In this document: positions 33,044-41,663 of the stretch, piece after piece
Position numbering within the stretch: position 1 is the first letter of the stretch
Layout: the number at the start of each line of letters is the position of its first letter
From: Candidatus Nomurabacteria bacterium
GTDB taxonomy: Bacteria > Patescibacteriota > Minisyncoccia > Phycocordibacterales > UBA9973
Length of the DNA: 64,000 bases
Direction: 5' to 3'
Assembly (NCBI GenBank): GCA_963832025.1
Contig: CAWHSF010000003.1
Span: 207,665 to 271,664, forward strand
Program-made: the position numbers and the translations under genes
Notes under the pieces: model-generated
Databases searched by the model: none
What the model was told of the DNA's origin: nothing
Seen by the model: the letters and a program-made list of their open reading frames with translations, nothing else

Positions 33044-34774
33044 TTGGATACTAAAAAAGAAAAACTGAATCAGCCTGGTCTTTTCGGTTTACTGAAACCG
33101 TACAAATTGCTGCTTTTTCTGCTGATTGTTTTTACAGTCATCGGCAATGGTTTCAACTTGATTGTGCCGAAAATTATCGCGCAGGCGATTGATACTTACA
33201 AGAAAGGCAATTTTTTTCTTAATCACTTAATCATAGAGTTTGCCGTAATTGCTATCCTTATTTTTATTTTTACCTATCTGCAAAACATTGTGCAAGTTTA
33301 TGTTTCCGAACGGGTAGCTCGCGATGTGCGCAATGACCTGACAGCAAAAATCTCGGTGCAGCAATATTCATACATCGAGCGTGTGACACCCGCCAAGCTT
33401 TTAACCAACCTTACTTCCGATGTTGATGCGATAAAAACTTTCGTTTCAACGGCGATTGCTTCTATTGTTGCTTCCTTTTTTTTGATTGTCGGAGCCGCCG
33501 TGCTCTTGCTTCTGATTGATTGGAGATTGGCGCTTGCCGTACTCATAATCGTACCGTTTATTGCGGTAACTTTTTTTTATGTTTTGACCAAGGTGCGAAA
33601 ACTTTTCTTGGAGTCGCAGAAGGCGATTGATTGGCTCAACAAAGTCATCAGTGAAAGTATTTTAGGTTCGGCGCTGATTAGATTACTTAATTCAAAAGAT
33701 ATCGAATATGAAAAATTTCTTCTGGCCAGCACGGAGGCGAAAAGAATTAGTCTGAATATTTTGGCTTTGTTTGCCAGTCTTATTCCGGTCATTACTTTTT
33801 TTACGAATCTCGCGACTCTCGTCATCGTAGTTTTGGGCGGACGCTTCGTAATTGAAGGGAACATGTCTCTTGGAAATTTTACCGCGTTCAACAGTTATTT
33901 AGCTATTCTTATTTTCCCGATTTTAATAATTGGTTTTATGACCAACGTTATTGCTTCCGCGCGAGCTTCCTATGGACGTATCTCGGAAGTTTTGTATGCG
34001 CCGGAAGAAAAGAAAAATGGTTTATTGAAAACTAAACTCCACGGCGACATTGAAGTAAATAACGTGACCGTTCTTTTTGGAGAAAAAGCAGCACTCAAGG
34101 ATGTCACTTTTTCCGTCCAGGCGGGAAGCAAAACTGCGATAATTGGTCCAACCGCGGCGGGTAAGACACAGCTATTGTACTTACTGACCGGACTTTTGAC
34201 TCCGACAGAAGGAACCATCAAAATAGACGGTCGAAACATCAACGAATACGACAAAGAGAGTCTGCACAGCCAAATTGGTTTTGTTTTTCAGGATAGCATT
34301 TTGTTTAATTTAAGTTTGCGGGAAAATATTGCTTTCAGTAATCTAGCCAAGGATGATTTTTTGGAAAAAGCGATAGATACCGCCGAGCTCCGGGATTTTA
34401 TCGATACTTTGCCGGACAAGCTCGACACAATCGTCTCCGAGAGAGGAACCAGTCTTTCCGGAGGGCAAAAACAGCGCATCATGCTAGCTCGCGCCTTGGC
34501 TCTCAATCCCAAAATACTCCTGCTTGATGATTTTACTTCTCGCGTGGACAACAAAACAGAATCTAAAATTCTAAGCAACATTACGCAAAATTATCCCGAA
34601 CTCACTCTTGTGTCGGTGACACAAAAAATACAGTCAATTGAACATTATGACCAAATTATTTTATTAATGGAGGGAGAGCTCCTGGCAAAGGGAACACATG
34701 AGGAACTTTTGTCTTCCTCTCCGGAATATGTGCAAATTTATGATTCACAAAAAAGCATAAACCAATATGAGTGA
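33044..34774 (+). CDS. ABC transporter, fused permease/ATPase (exporter half-transporter)
   Basis: 6-TM N-terminal domain; GPTAAGKTQ Walker A; LSGGQKQR signature; LLLDD Walker B. Confidence 0.85.
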   Translation: MDTKKEKLNQPGLFGLLKPYKLLLFLLIVFTVIGNGFNLIVPKIIAQAIDTYKKGNFFLNHLIIEFAVIAILIFIFTYLQNIVQVYVSERVARDVRNDLTAKISVQQYSYIERVTPAKLLTNLTSDVDAIKTFVSTAIASIVASFFLIVGAAVLLLLIDWRLALAVLIIVPFIAVTFFYVLTKVRKLFLESQKAIDWLNKVISESILGSALIRLLNSKDIEYEKFLLASTEAKRISLNILALFASLIPVITFFTNLATLVIVVLGGRFVIEGNMSLGNFTAFNSYLAILIFPILIIGFMTNVIASARASYGRISEVLYAPEEKKNGLLKTKLHGDIEVNNVTVLFGEKAALKDVTFSVQAGSKTAIIGPTAAGKTQLLYLLTGLLTPTEGTIKIDGRNINEYDKESLHSQIGFVFQDSILFNLSLRENIAFSNLAKDDFLEKAIDTAELRDFIDTLPDKLDTIVSERGTSLSGGQKQRIMLARALALNPKILLLDDFTSRVDNKTESKILSNITQNYPELTLVSVTQKIQSIEHYDQIILLMEGELLAKGTHEELLSSSPEYVQIYDSQKSINQYE

Positions 34775-36554
34775 TTATTCATTAAACAAAACAGACATAG
34801 CGAAAGAAAAGGAAAAAGGAGTATTAATTACCGCCTGGCGTAGACTTGTGCCCTTGATGAAAGAGGAAGGGCGCTCGGTCACTTTTGCTCTCATTGCAAT
34901 ACTCGTGTCTTCGGCGGCGACGCTTATTGTTCCGATTATTATCGGACACATTGTGGATGTTTATCTGCAAAGCAAAAATTTTCACGGAGTGGTGGTTTTT
35001 TCCGTCATTCTGGCGGGGGTGTATATCGTCGGACTGATTGCGAGCTATATTCAAGTAAAGACTATGGGTGGAGTGGGAAGGCGATTACTTTTCAATTTAC
35101 GCAATAAAATTTTTGAAAAACTAGAAGAACTTCCTTTGGCATTTTTTAATCAAAACAAAGAAGGGGACATTATTTCACGTATCAACAACGACACGGACAA
35201 ATTAAATCAATTTTTTTCCCAAGCCTTGATGCAATTTATCGGTAACATCGTATTGATTATCGGCACCGGAATATTTCTCTTGGTTATCAATATTCGTCTG
35301 GGGAGTGTCGCCCTAGTTCCTGCCATCATAGCGCTGGGCGCGACCCAATTACTTTCTCCTTGGGTAAAACGTACAAGTTTGCGCAGTTTGCGGACCTTGG
35401 GCAGTATGAGCGGTGAAATTTCCGAAAGTATCAATAATTTTAAAGTGATTGTCGCCTTCAATCGGTTGGATTATTTCCGAGATAAATTCAGAGAATCTAA
35501 TGATTTAAACTACAAGGCATCTGTTTCAGCCGGAATCGCCAGCAACGTTTTTAATCCTCTATACGCCCTGGCGGGAGTGCTGGGGCAAATCGGCGTTTTG
35601 GCTTATGGTATTTATTTAATTTCCATCGGCAATTTTACGATTGGTTTACTCATCAGTTTTCTGCTTTATGTAAACAATTTTTACAACCCATTGCGACAAC
35701 TCGCTTCAGTTTGGCCATCGCTCCAGCTTGCCTTAGCTGGATTGGATCGCATCTCCGAGGTTTTATCGCTCGAGTCAAATATGAAAATATTATCTCCCGG
35801 GGAAGAGCGAAATTCTCCAATACTTTCTACTTCTTCGGCGACACTTGAATTCAAAAATGTGTATTTCAGATATTCGGACGGTAAGGAAGTTTTGAAAAAT
35901 ATTAATTTCAAATTGGAAAAAGGGAAAACTTATGCCTTCGTTGGTCCAACCGGTGGCGGCAAGACCACAACAGCTTCGCTCATGGCGCGATTATACGACC
36001 CGACGAAGGGAGAGGTGTACCTGGAGGGCAAAGATATCAAGTATTATGAATCGGATGAAAGAACAAAAAAAATCGGCTTTATTCTGCAGGAACCATTTTT
36101 GTTTACTGGCACAGTTTATGAAAATATTCTCTATGGCAACAAAGAACATTCCGGATATTCACGGGAACAATTGGAAGACGTGTTGGAGAAAGCCAATCTG
36201 GGGAAATTACTATCGCGGTTTTCCGAAGGTTTGGATACGAAAATTTTTCCGGGTGGCGGAGCCATCAGTTTGGGGCAAAGACAGCTCATCGCTTTCATGC
36301 GTGCGGTTTTACGCAATCCCGATGTTTTAATTCTGGACGAAGCCACTGCCAACATTGATACGGTTACCGAGCAACTACTAGAAGACATTTTGAAAAAATT
36401 ACCGGTAAACACGACTCGGATTATCATTGCGCATCGTCTGAACACGATTGAAAGCGCCGATGAAATATTCTTTGTGAATGGAGGAGAAGTGATTCCTGCC
36501 GGAGACATGAAACATGCCGTTGAAATGCTTCTGCACGGCAAAAGACAAAGCTAG
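34767..36554 (+). CDS. ABC transporter, fused permease/ATPase (partner half-transporter)
   Basis: GPTGGGKTT Walker A; signature-like LGQRQL; ILDEATA Walker B. Overlaps the upstream gene by 8 nt. Confidence 0.85.
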   Translation: MSDYSLNKTDIAKEKEKGVLITAWRRLVPLMKEEGRSVTFALIAILVSSAATLIVPIIIGHIVDVYLQSKNFHGVVVFSVILAGVYIVGLIASYIQVKTMGGVGRRLLFNLRNKIFEKLEELPLAFFNQNKEGDIISRINNDTDKLNQFFSQALMQFIGNIVLIIGTGIFLLVINIRLGSVALVPAIIALGATQLLSPWVKRTSLRSLRTLGSMSGEISESINNFKVIVAFNRLDYFRDKFRESNDLNYKASVSAGIASNVFNPLYALAGVLGQIGVLAYGIYLISIGNFTIGLLISFLLYVNNFYNPLRQLASVWPSLQLALAGLDRISEVLSLESNMKILSPGEERNSPILSTSSATLEFKNVYFRYSDGKEVLKNINFKLEKGKTYAFVGPTGGGKTTTASLMARLYDPTKGEVYLEGKDIKYYESDERTKKIGFILQEPFLFTGTVYENILYGNKEHSGYSREQLEDVLEKANLGKLLSRFSEGLDTKIFPGGGAISLGQRQLIAFMRAVLRNPDVLILDEATANIDTVTEQLLEDILKKLPVNTTRIIIAHRLNTIESADEIFFVNGGEVIPAGDMKHAVEMLLHGKRQS

Positions 36555-36557
36555 GCA

Positions 36558-36660
36558 GCTCAAAATATATTTTATAAAGCAATCTATCTCCGCAAGCTTG
36601 CGGAGCGAACCTGCTCGGCTACCCGCCTGCGCAAGACTTTCTAAAACATATTTTCTGAGC
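36558..36660 (+). repeat. family F intergenic palindromic element, copy 2
   Basis: Outer TIR GCTCAAAATATATTTTATAAAG / CTTTCTAAAACATATTTTCTGAGC. Inner palindrome CTCCGCAAGCTTGCGGAG (36588-36605). The core is identical to copy 1. Confidence 0.75.
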
Positions 36661-36670
36661 TACTTAAATT

Positions 36671-36698
36671 AAAAAACCACCCGAGAGGGTGGTTTTTT
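36671..36698. terminator. bidirectional Rho-independent terminator
   Basis: AAAAAACCACCC-gaga-GGGTGGTTTTTT, between convergent ABC gene and cspA. Confidence 0.8.
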
Positions 36699-36711
36699 AT
36701 TAGAGAGAATA

Positions 36712-36909
36712 TTATGCGCGTTGAACGTTCACAGCATTCAATCCTTTTGGTGATTGTTCTGTTTCGAAAGAAACAGTATCACCTTCATGCAACTCATCAA
36801 AGGTTACTCCAACCAAAGAATTGCTGTGGAAGAATAAATCCTTCTGTAAGCCTTCTCCAGTAATGAAGCCGAAACCTTTATCTGTCAATCTTTTTATTGT
36901 ACCAGTCAT
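36712..36909 (-). CDS. cspA: cold-shock protein (CspA family)
   Basis: 65 aa; KGFGFI (RNP1) and cold-shock domain. Confidence 0.9.
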   Translation of the reverse strand: MTGTIKRLTDKGFGFITGEGLQKDLFFHSNSLVGVTFDELHEGDTVSFETEQSPKGLNAVNVQRA

Positions 36910-37059
36910 TGATTTTTTTGTTTAAGTTATTAAGTACAAACAGATATCCCTTAGAAATCGACTCTTTTCGAACCTGCTTTGTGCATGAAGTATATCATAA
37001 AATAGCCTGATTTGTCAAGGTACCTTTCTATTTTACCCTAAATAAGCTAGTCTGTATAA

Positions 37060-38590
37060 ATGGCAAAAGAAGAAGGCGGAAGGGAGAAAAACAAGGAAAC
37101 AATAGTCAGATTTGAAAATGTCTCATTTGAATGGGGAGTAACATAAGCCTATTTTAGAAGAGGTGAGCTTCACCATTCGGCGAGGCATGAAACTCACGTT
37201 GATGGGGCAAAATGGCGCTGGAAAAAGCACCATTTTTAGTTTAATCTCTGGGCTATCGGTCCCTGAGTCTGGAATAATCAACGTTGTTAAAGGGGTGAGT
37301 ATCGCAAACTCCTTGCAAGTAATTCCTCGCGACCAAATGGATTCTACTGTACGAGAATTTTTCGCAAATTGTTTTAAGGAAAAAGTTTATGATATTGACC
37401 CACGGATTGATGACATTTTAGAAGTAGTAAACCCCCACACCAAAAATTTTGGTGTGGGGGTAAATCTTAAGGGTCACGCGAAAATTCACGACAGAAAAAT
37501 AAATACTTTCTCTGGTGGGCAACAAGCGCGACTGCTTTTGGCTTCCGCCCTCATTCGAGATCCAGATTTACTATTATTGGATGAACCAACAAACAATTTA
37601 GACAAAGCCGGAATTGCTCACCTCACAAATTTTCTAGTAAATTACAAAAAAACAGTTCTAGTTATTTCCCACGATGCGGAATTTTTAAATGCTTTCACTG
37701 AAGGAGTGCTTTATTTAGATGTTTATACAAAAAAAGTTGAACAATATGTCGGTAACTATTTTAATGTGATGAAAGATATTACTGCGCGAGTAGAAAAAGA
37801 AAATATGAAGAACGCACAACTTCAAAAGGAAATTCAAGCCAAGAAAGACCAAGCAAATGTGTTTGCATATAAAGGCGGACGTTTGAGATTGGTAGCAAAG
37901 CGAATGCGAGAAAAGGCTGAAGAATTGGAAGAGGAAATTGTGGACGTTCGAAAAGAAGATAAAGCCATCAGGCCTTTTGTTATTCCTTCACAGCCAGACT
38001 TGATCGGGGAAATTTTAAACATCTCTTCTTTTACCACGATGGTGAATGGAAAAATTGTAAAACGGAAAGCACGTATTTCTTTAAATAAAAAACAACATTT
38101 GCTTTTACAAGGACCAAACGGAATTGGAAAAACAACACTCTTGGAAAGACTGGCGAGCGGAAAAGCCGAAGGAGAGAAAGTAAAAGAGGGAATACGTATC
38201 GGATATTATAGGCAAGATTTTTCCACGCTCAATTTTGAACATTCAGTTTATGAATCTTTGGCAGAAGCGATGATTGAGGGTGGAGAAAAATTAAATGAGG
38301 AACATATGCGTTCAGTTGCCGCGGGATTTTTAATTACTGGAGAATTTATTCGCACAAAAATTAAAGATTTATCCGAAGGACAAAAAGGGCTAGTGGCTTT
38401 TGCGAGATTGGTTTTACAAAAACCCGGACTCCTCATTTTGGATGAGCCAACAAACCATATAAATTTTCGTCACTTGCCAATAATCGCAGAAGCATTAGAT
38501 AAATATGCCGGTGCAATGATTCTCGTTTCCCACGTGCCCGAATTCGTCAAACAAATTAGGATTGATGAAGTACTTGATCTAGAAAAGTAG
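37060..38590 (+). CDS. ABC-F family ATPase, N-terminus displaced by a +1 frame change near 37138-37144
   Basis: MAKEEGGREKNKETIVRFENVSFEWGV (ATG 37060) stops at 37144. The +1 frame continues HKPILEEVSFTIRRGMKLTLMGQNGAGKST. Second module GPNGIGKTT. No TM domains. Confidence 0.8.
37431..37470 (+). repeat. family E hairpin repeat, in-frame inside the ABC-F gene
   Basis: ACCCCCACACCAAAA-a-TTTTGGTGTGGGGGT plus the flank AAATCTTAA; encodes NPHTKNFGVGVNLK. Confidence 0.7.
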
Positions 38591-39206
38591 ACAATTCTTC
38601 TCCTTTTATTTCTCTCACTCCTCCGGGTTTTAAGGTTCCTAATTTTATATTAATAATTCTTTCGCGTTTCAAATCGGCGACTTCTTGAAACAAAGCAGAA
38701 CACATGCGGCGGATTTGGTGTTTCTTGCCTTCTGTTAAAATTACTCTGAAAGTATTTTCATTTACAATTTTTACTTTGCATTTTTTTGTCAGGTAGCCTT
38801 CAATATTTACGCCAGCTTCCATTTTATTTTTTAAACTCGAGCGAAGTTTATTGGAGGTGCGGACAATGTATTCTTTTTCGTGAAAGTATTTAGGACTCAA
38901 AAGTTGCTCAGTGATGCGTCCGTCATTCGTCAAGATGAGTAATCCATGAGAATTTTTATCTAACCTCCCAAGAGGGAAGAAGCCCTCCTTTGGAGAATCA
39001 GTTTCAACCCCGATTGGTTTATTGTATGCAAAATATTTATATTCTTTTGGTTTTACCCCTTTTATTTCTACCTTATCATTTTCGCCTACTTGGCTGCCGA
39101 GTTCTGCCAACTTGCCATTTATAAAAACCTTCTTTTCTTTTATAAGTTCATCCGCACCCCTTCTGGTGGAGATTTTTCTATCAGCTAAATATTTATTAAT
39201 CCGCAT
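38556..39206 (-). CDS. pseudouridine synthase, RsuA/RluB family
   Basis: N-terminal S4 domain (MRINKYLADRKISTRR); catalytic motif GRLDKNSHGLLILTNDG. The 3' end overlaps the ABC-F gene by 35 nt. Confidence 0.8.
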   Translation of the reverse strand: MRINKYLADRKISTRRGADELIKEKKVFINGKLAELGSQVGENDKVEIKGVKPKEYKYFAYNKPIGVETDSPKEGFFPLGRLDKNSHGLLILTNDGRITEQLLSPKYFHEKEYIVRTSNKLRSSLKNKMEAGVNIEGYLTKKCKVKIVNENTFRVILTEGKKHQIRRMCSALFQEVADLKRERIINIKLGTLKPGGVREIKGEELSTFLDQVLHQS

Positions 39207-39232
39207 TCACTCATCTTAACATAGAATTTTCT

Positions 39233-39268
39233 CTTGTCCGACAACAAAATTCCCCGTTGCCGGACAAG
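39233..39268 (-). repeat. family H palindromic repeat after the efflux operon
   Basis: CTTGTCCG-acaacaaaattccccgttgc-CGGACAAG. The reverse complement closely matches 53515-53551. Confidence 0.65.
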
Positions 39269-39274
39269 TAGTTT

Positions 39275-39694
39275 TTATTGCGTTGGCGTTGTCGTGGTTG
39301 CAGGAAGTTTCGGTGTAATTCTTATTGATTGCGCGGTGACGCTGCCATCTACATTGGCTGTGCCTGTAACCATTACACTTGTGCCAACGGCAAGGTCGGA
39401 CATTGTTCCATCAACCTGTTTTGTGATTGGCGTAGTCTTGTCTAAGAAAACTATTTCCGAACCACCGCTCGGCAGGGCGATAGTTATACTTTGTGCATTC
39501 TCGGAAAGTATCTGTCCGATTACTCCTCCTCCAAAACCGCCAGCACCTCTTGCCCCACTTCTTACTCCTGCGTAGGCAGAAGCCCCTGATGTTTTAGTTG
39601 CCGATGTTTGACCTTTGCCTACTGACATTCCTACAAAAAACACTCCAATTAAAACCAAGATACCCACAACTCCCCAAATAATTTTTTTTCTCAT
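39275..39694 (-). CDS. exported small beta-rich protein (paralog of 43374-43856)
   Basis: N-terminal TM/signal; Gly-rich linker; C-terminal ...VGTSVMVTGTANVDGSVTAQSIRITP. Last gene of the efflux operon. Confidence 0.4.
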   Translation of the reverse strand: MRKKIIWGVVGILVLIGVFFVGMSVGKGQTSATKTSGASAYAGVRSGARGAGGFGGGVIGQILSENAQSITIALPSGGSEIVFLDKTTPITKQVDGTMSDLAVGTSVMVTGTANVDGSVTAQSIRITPKLPATTTTPTQ

Positions 39695-39726
39695 ATTTTT
39701 TTAATTATATTTTTAATATTAATAAT

Positions 39727-40956
39727 TTACTCATACCTTAATGCATCAATCGGATTTAACTGCGCGGCACGTCGAGCAGGGTAGTACCCGAAGACAATTC
39801 CAATTCCGGCCGAGACACAAAAAGCCAGAATGATTGATGAAATTGACACGGATGCTTGCAAGATACCAAAATACGTCACACCAAACGCGATTAAACAGCC
39901 TAACACTATGCCGATAAATCCGCCGATAAAAGTAAGCATCATGGCTTCAATTAAAAATTGTTTATTAATGTCGCTCCTTTTTGCGCCGATTGCTTTTCGT
40001 AGTCCGATTTCGCGCGTGCGCTCGGTGACGGTCGTGAGCATCATGTTCATAATTCCTATTCCACCGACGACTAATGAAATACCAGCGACTGCAGCGAGCA
40101 ACGTAGTGAATGTTCCTGTGACCGATGAAGCTGTCGCGACAATTGATGCTTCATTTAAAACGTTGAAATCAGCTTTGGTTGGGTCACTGATATTATGATT
40201 GGCAAGTAATAATGTAGTTATGTCATTTTGAACTTGCGTTGAAGTTTTGGAGCTAGAAGCTTGCACATCAATTTCACTTAAATATTTATTTCCGGAAATA
40301 TATTGCTGCGCGGTTGTGTAGGGAATATAAATCATATCATCTGCATTACTAAAACCCGAACCGCCCTTTGCGACAGTCACTCCTATGACGCTGTATTCCA
40401 TGCCGTTTATGCGGATAACTTGTCCTATGGCGTCGGCAGCAGTTGCGTCTGTTCCGAATAAATCTCCCATTGTTGTCGGGCCCAAAACCGCTACTTTATC
40501 TGCGTTTGTAACATTTTCATCTGAAATAAAGTCTCCACTTGCGACAGCAACATTTCTTACCGAAAGATAATCTGGCTCGGTGCCCAAAATCGTTGTATTG
40601 GTGTTTGCTCCTTCGTAAATCACTTGTTTTCGTGAAGACACCTCTCGACTTACTTGTGATACATTTGAAACTTGAGAGGCAATAGCGTCTGCATCTGCCA
40701 CGGTCAGAGTTTGAGCTCCTCCACGTCCGCCGGATGGTCCTCCGAAAGTGCGTGTTGCTCCGGGCATAATCATCAGTAAATTTGCCCCTATTGATTCGAT
40801 ACTAGAGGATACAGAATTTTGAGCTCCTTGTCCGACGGCGGTCATCGCGATTACAGAAGCTATGCCAATAACAATTCCAAGCATTGTGAGTCCAGAGCGT
40901 GCCTTGTTGGCGGAAAGGGCGGAATATGTTTCGTGTAATAAATCAGCGTTTTTCAT
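39727..40956 (-). CDS. MacB-type ABC transporter permease (FtsX-like)
   Basis: 409 aa; RSGLTMLGIVIGIASVI TM1; large extracytoplasmic domain; C-terminal FtsX helices with RTREIGLRKAIGA. Confidence 0.85.
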   Translation of the reverse strand: MKNADLLHETYSALSANKARSGLTMLGIVIGIASVIAMTAVGQGAQNSVSSSIESIGANLLMIMPGATRTFGGPSGGRGGAQTLTVADADAIASQVSNVSQVSREVSSRKQVIYEGANTNTTILGTEPDYLSVRNVAVASGDFISDENVTNADKVAVLGPTTMGDLFGTDATAADAIGQVIRINGMEYSVIGVTVAKGGSGFSNADDMIYIPYTTAQQYISGNKYLSEIDVQASSSKTSTQVQNDITTLLLANHNISDPTKADFNVLNEASIVATASSVTGTFTTLLAAVAGISLVVGGIGIMNMMLTTVTERTREIGLRKAIGAKRSDINKQFLIEAMMLTFIGGFIGIVLGCLIAFGVTYFGILQASVSISSIILAFCVSAGIGIVFGYYPARRAAQLNPIDALRYE

Positions 40957-41657
40957 ATATGATTAATTATTCTTTTAATATGCGGATCACGTTCTGCCAG
41001 TAATCCATCTTTAATAAAAAGTATTCGGTCAGCGTGTTCAGCTACATCTGGTTCGTGTGTAATGAGCACGATGGTTCGTCCTAAGTCTTTATTTAATTTT
41101 TGAAAAGTTCCTAAAACAATTTCACTGGTTTTTGAATCTAGGTTTCCAGTAGGTTCATCAGCTAGAATGAGGGATGGGTCGTTTACCAAAGCACGGGCGA
41201 TAGCAACTCTTTGAATTTGCCCCCCAGAGAGTTGATTGGAAAGATTGAAGAAATGTCCTTCGTCCAAACCTGCCAGCAAAAGAACTTTTTTTGCTCTTTC
41301 TTCTCTTTCCGGTGACTCAATTCCTTCATAAATAAGTGGGAGCATTACATTGCGCAAAACAGTCGTTCTGGGAAGTAGGTTGAAAGATTGAAAAACGAAA
41401 CCAATTTTGTCTTTGCGAATTTCTGCCAACTCATCATCAGAGAGAGTCGAGACATCCTTGCCATCCAATAAATATGTCCCGCTCGTCGGATTATCCAATC
41501 CACCTAAAATATGCATCAAGGTTGATTTTCCGGAGCCGGAGGGTCCCATGATTGCCACAAATTCTCCATCTTTTATGGTGAAGCTTATTCCTCTCAAAGC
41601 TTCAAATTCAATATCTCCAGTTTTATATGTTTTTTTTATGTCTTTTATCTCTATCAT
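40953..41657 (-). CDS. ABC transporter ATP-binding protein (MacB/LolD-type)
   Basis: GPSGSGKST; [15 protein letters not shown]; [11 protein letters not shown]. Confidence 0.9.
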   Translation of the reverse strand: MIEIKDIKKTYKTGDIEFEALRGISFTIKDGEFVAIMGPSGSGKSTLMHILGGLDNPTSGTYLLDGKDVSTLSDDELAEIRKDKIGFVFQSFNLLPRTTVLRNVMLPLIYEGIESPEREERAKKVLLLAGLDEGHFFNLSNQLSGGQIQRVAIARALVNDPSLILADEPTGNLDSKTSEIVLGTFQKLNKDLGRTIVLITHEPDVAEHADRILFIKDGLLAERDPHIKRIINHI

Positions 41658-41663
41658 AAGTGT

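Noticed and set aside
35932-36541. 132-aa (+) and 136-aa (-) ORFs inside the second ABC exporter gene
   Set aside because: They are alternative-frame or antisense ORFs within a gene that has clear Walker/signature motifs in its own frame.
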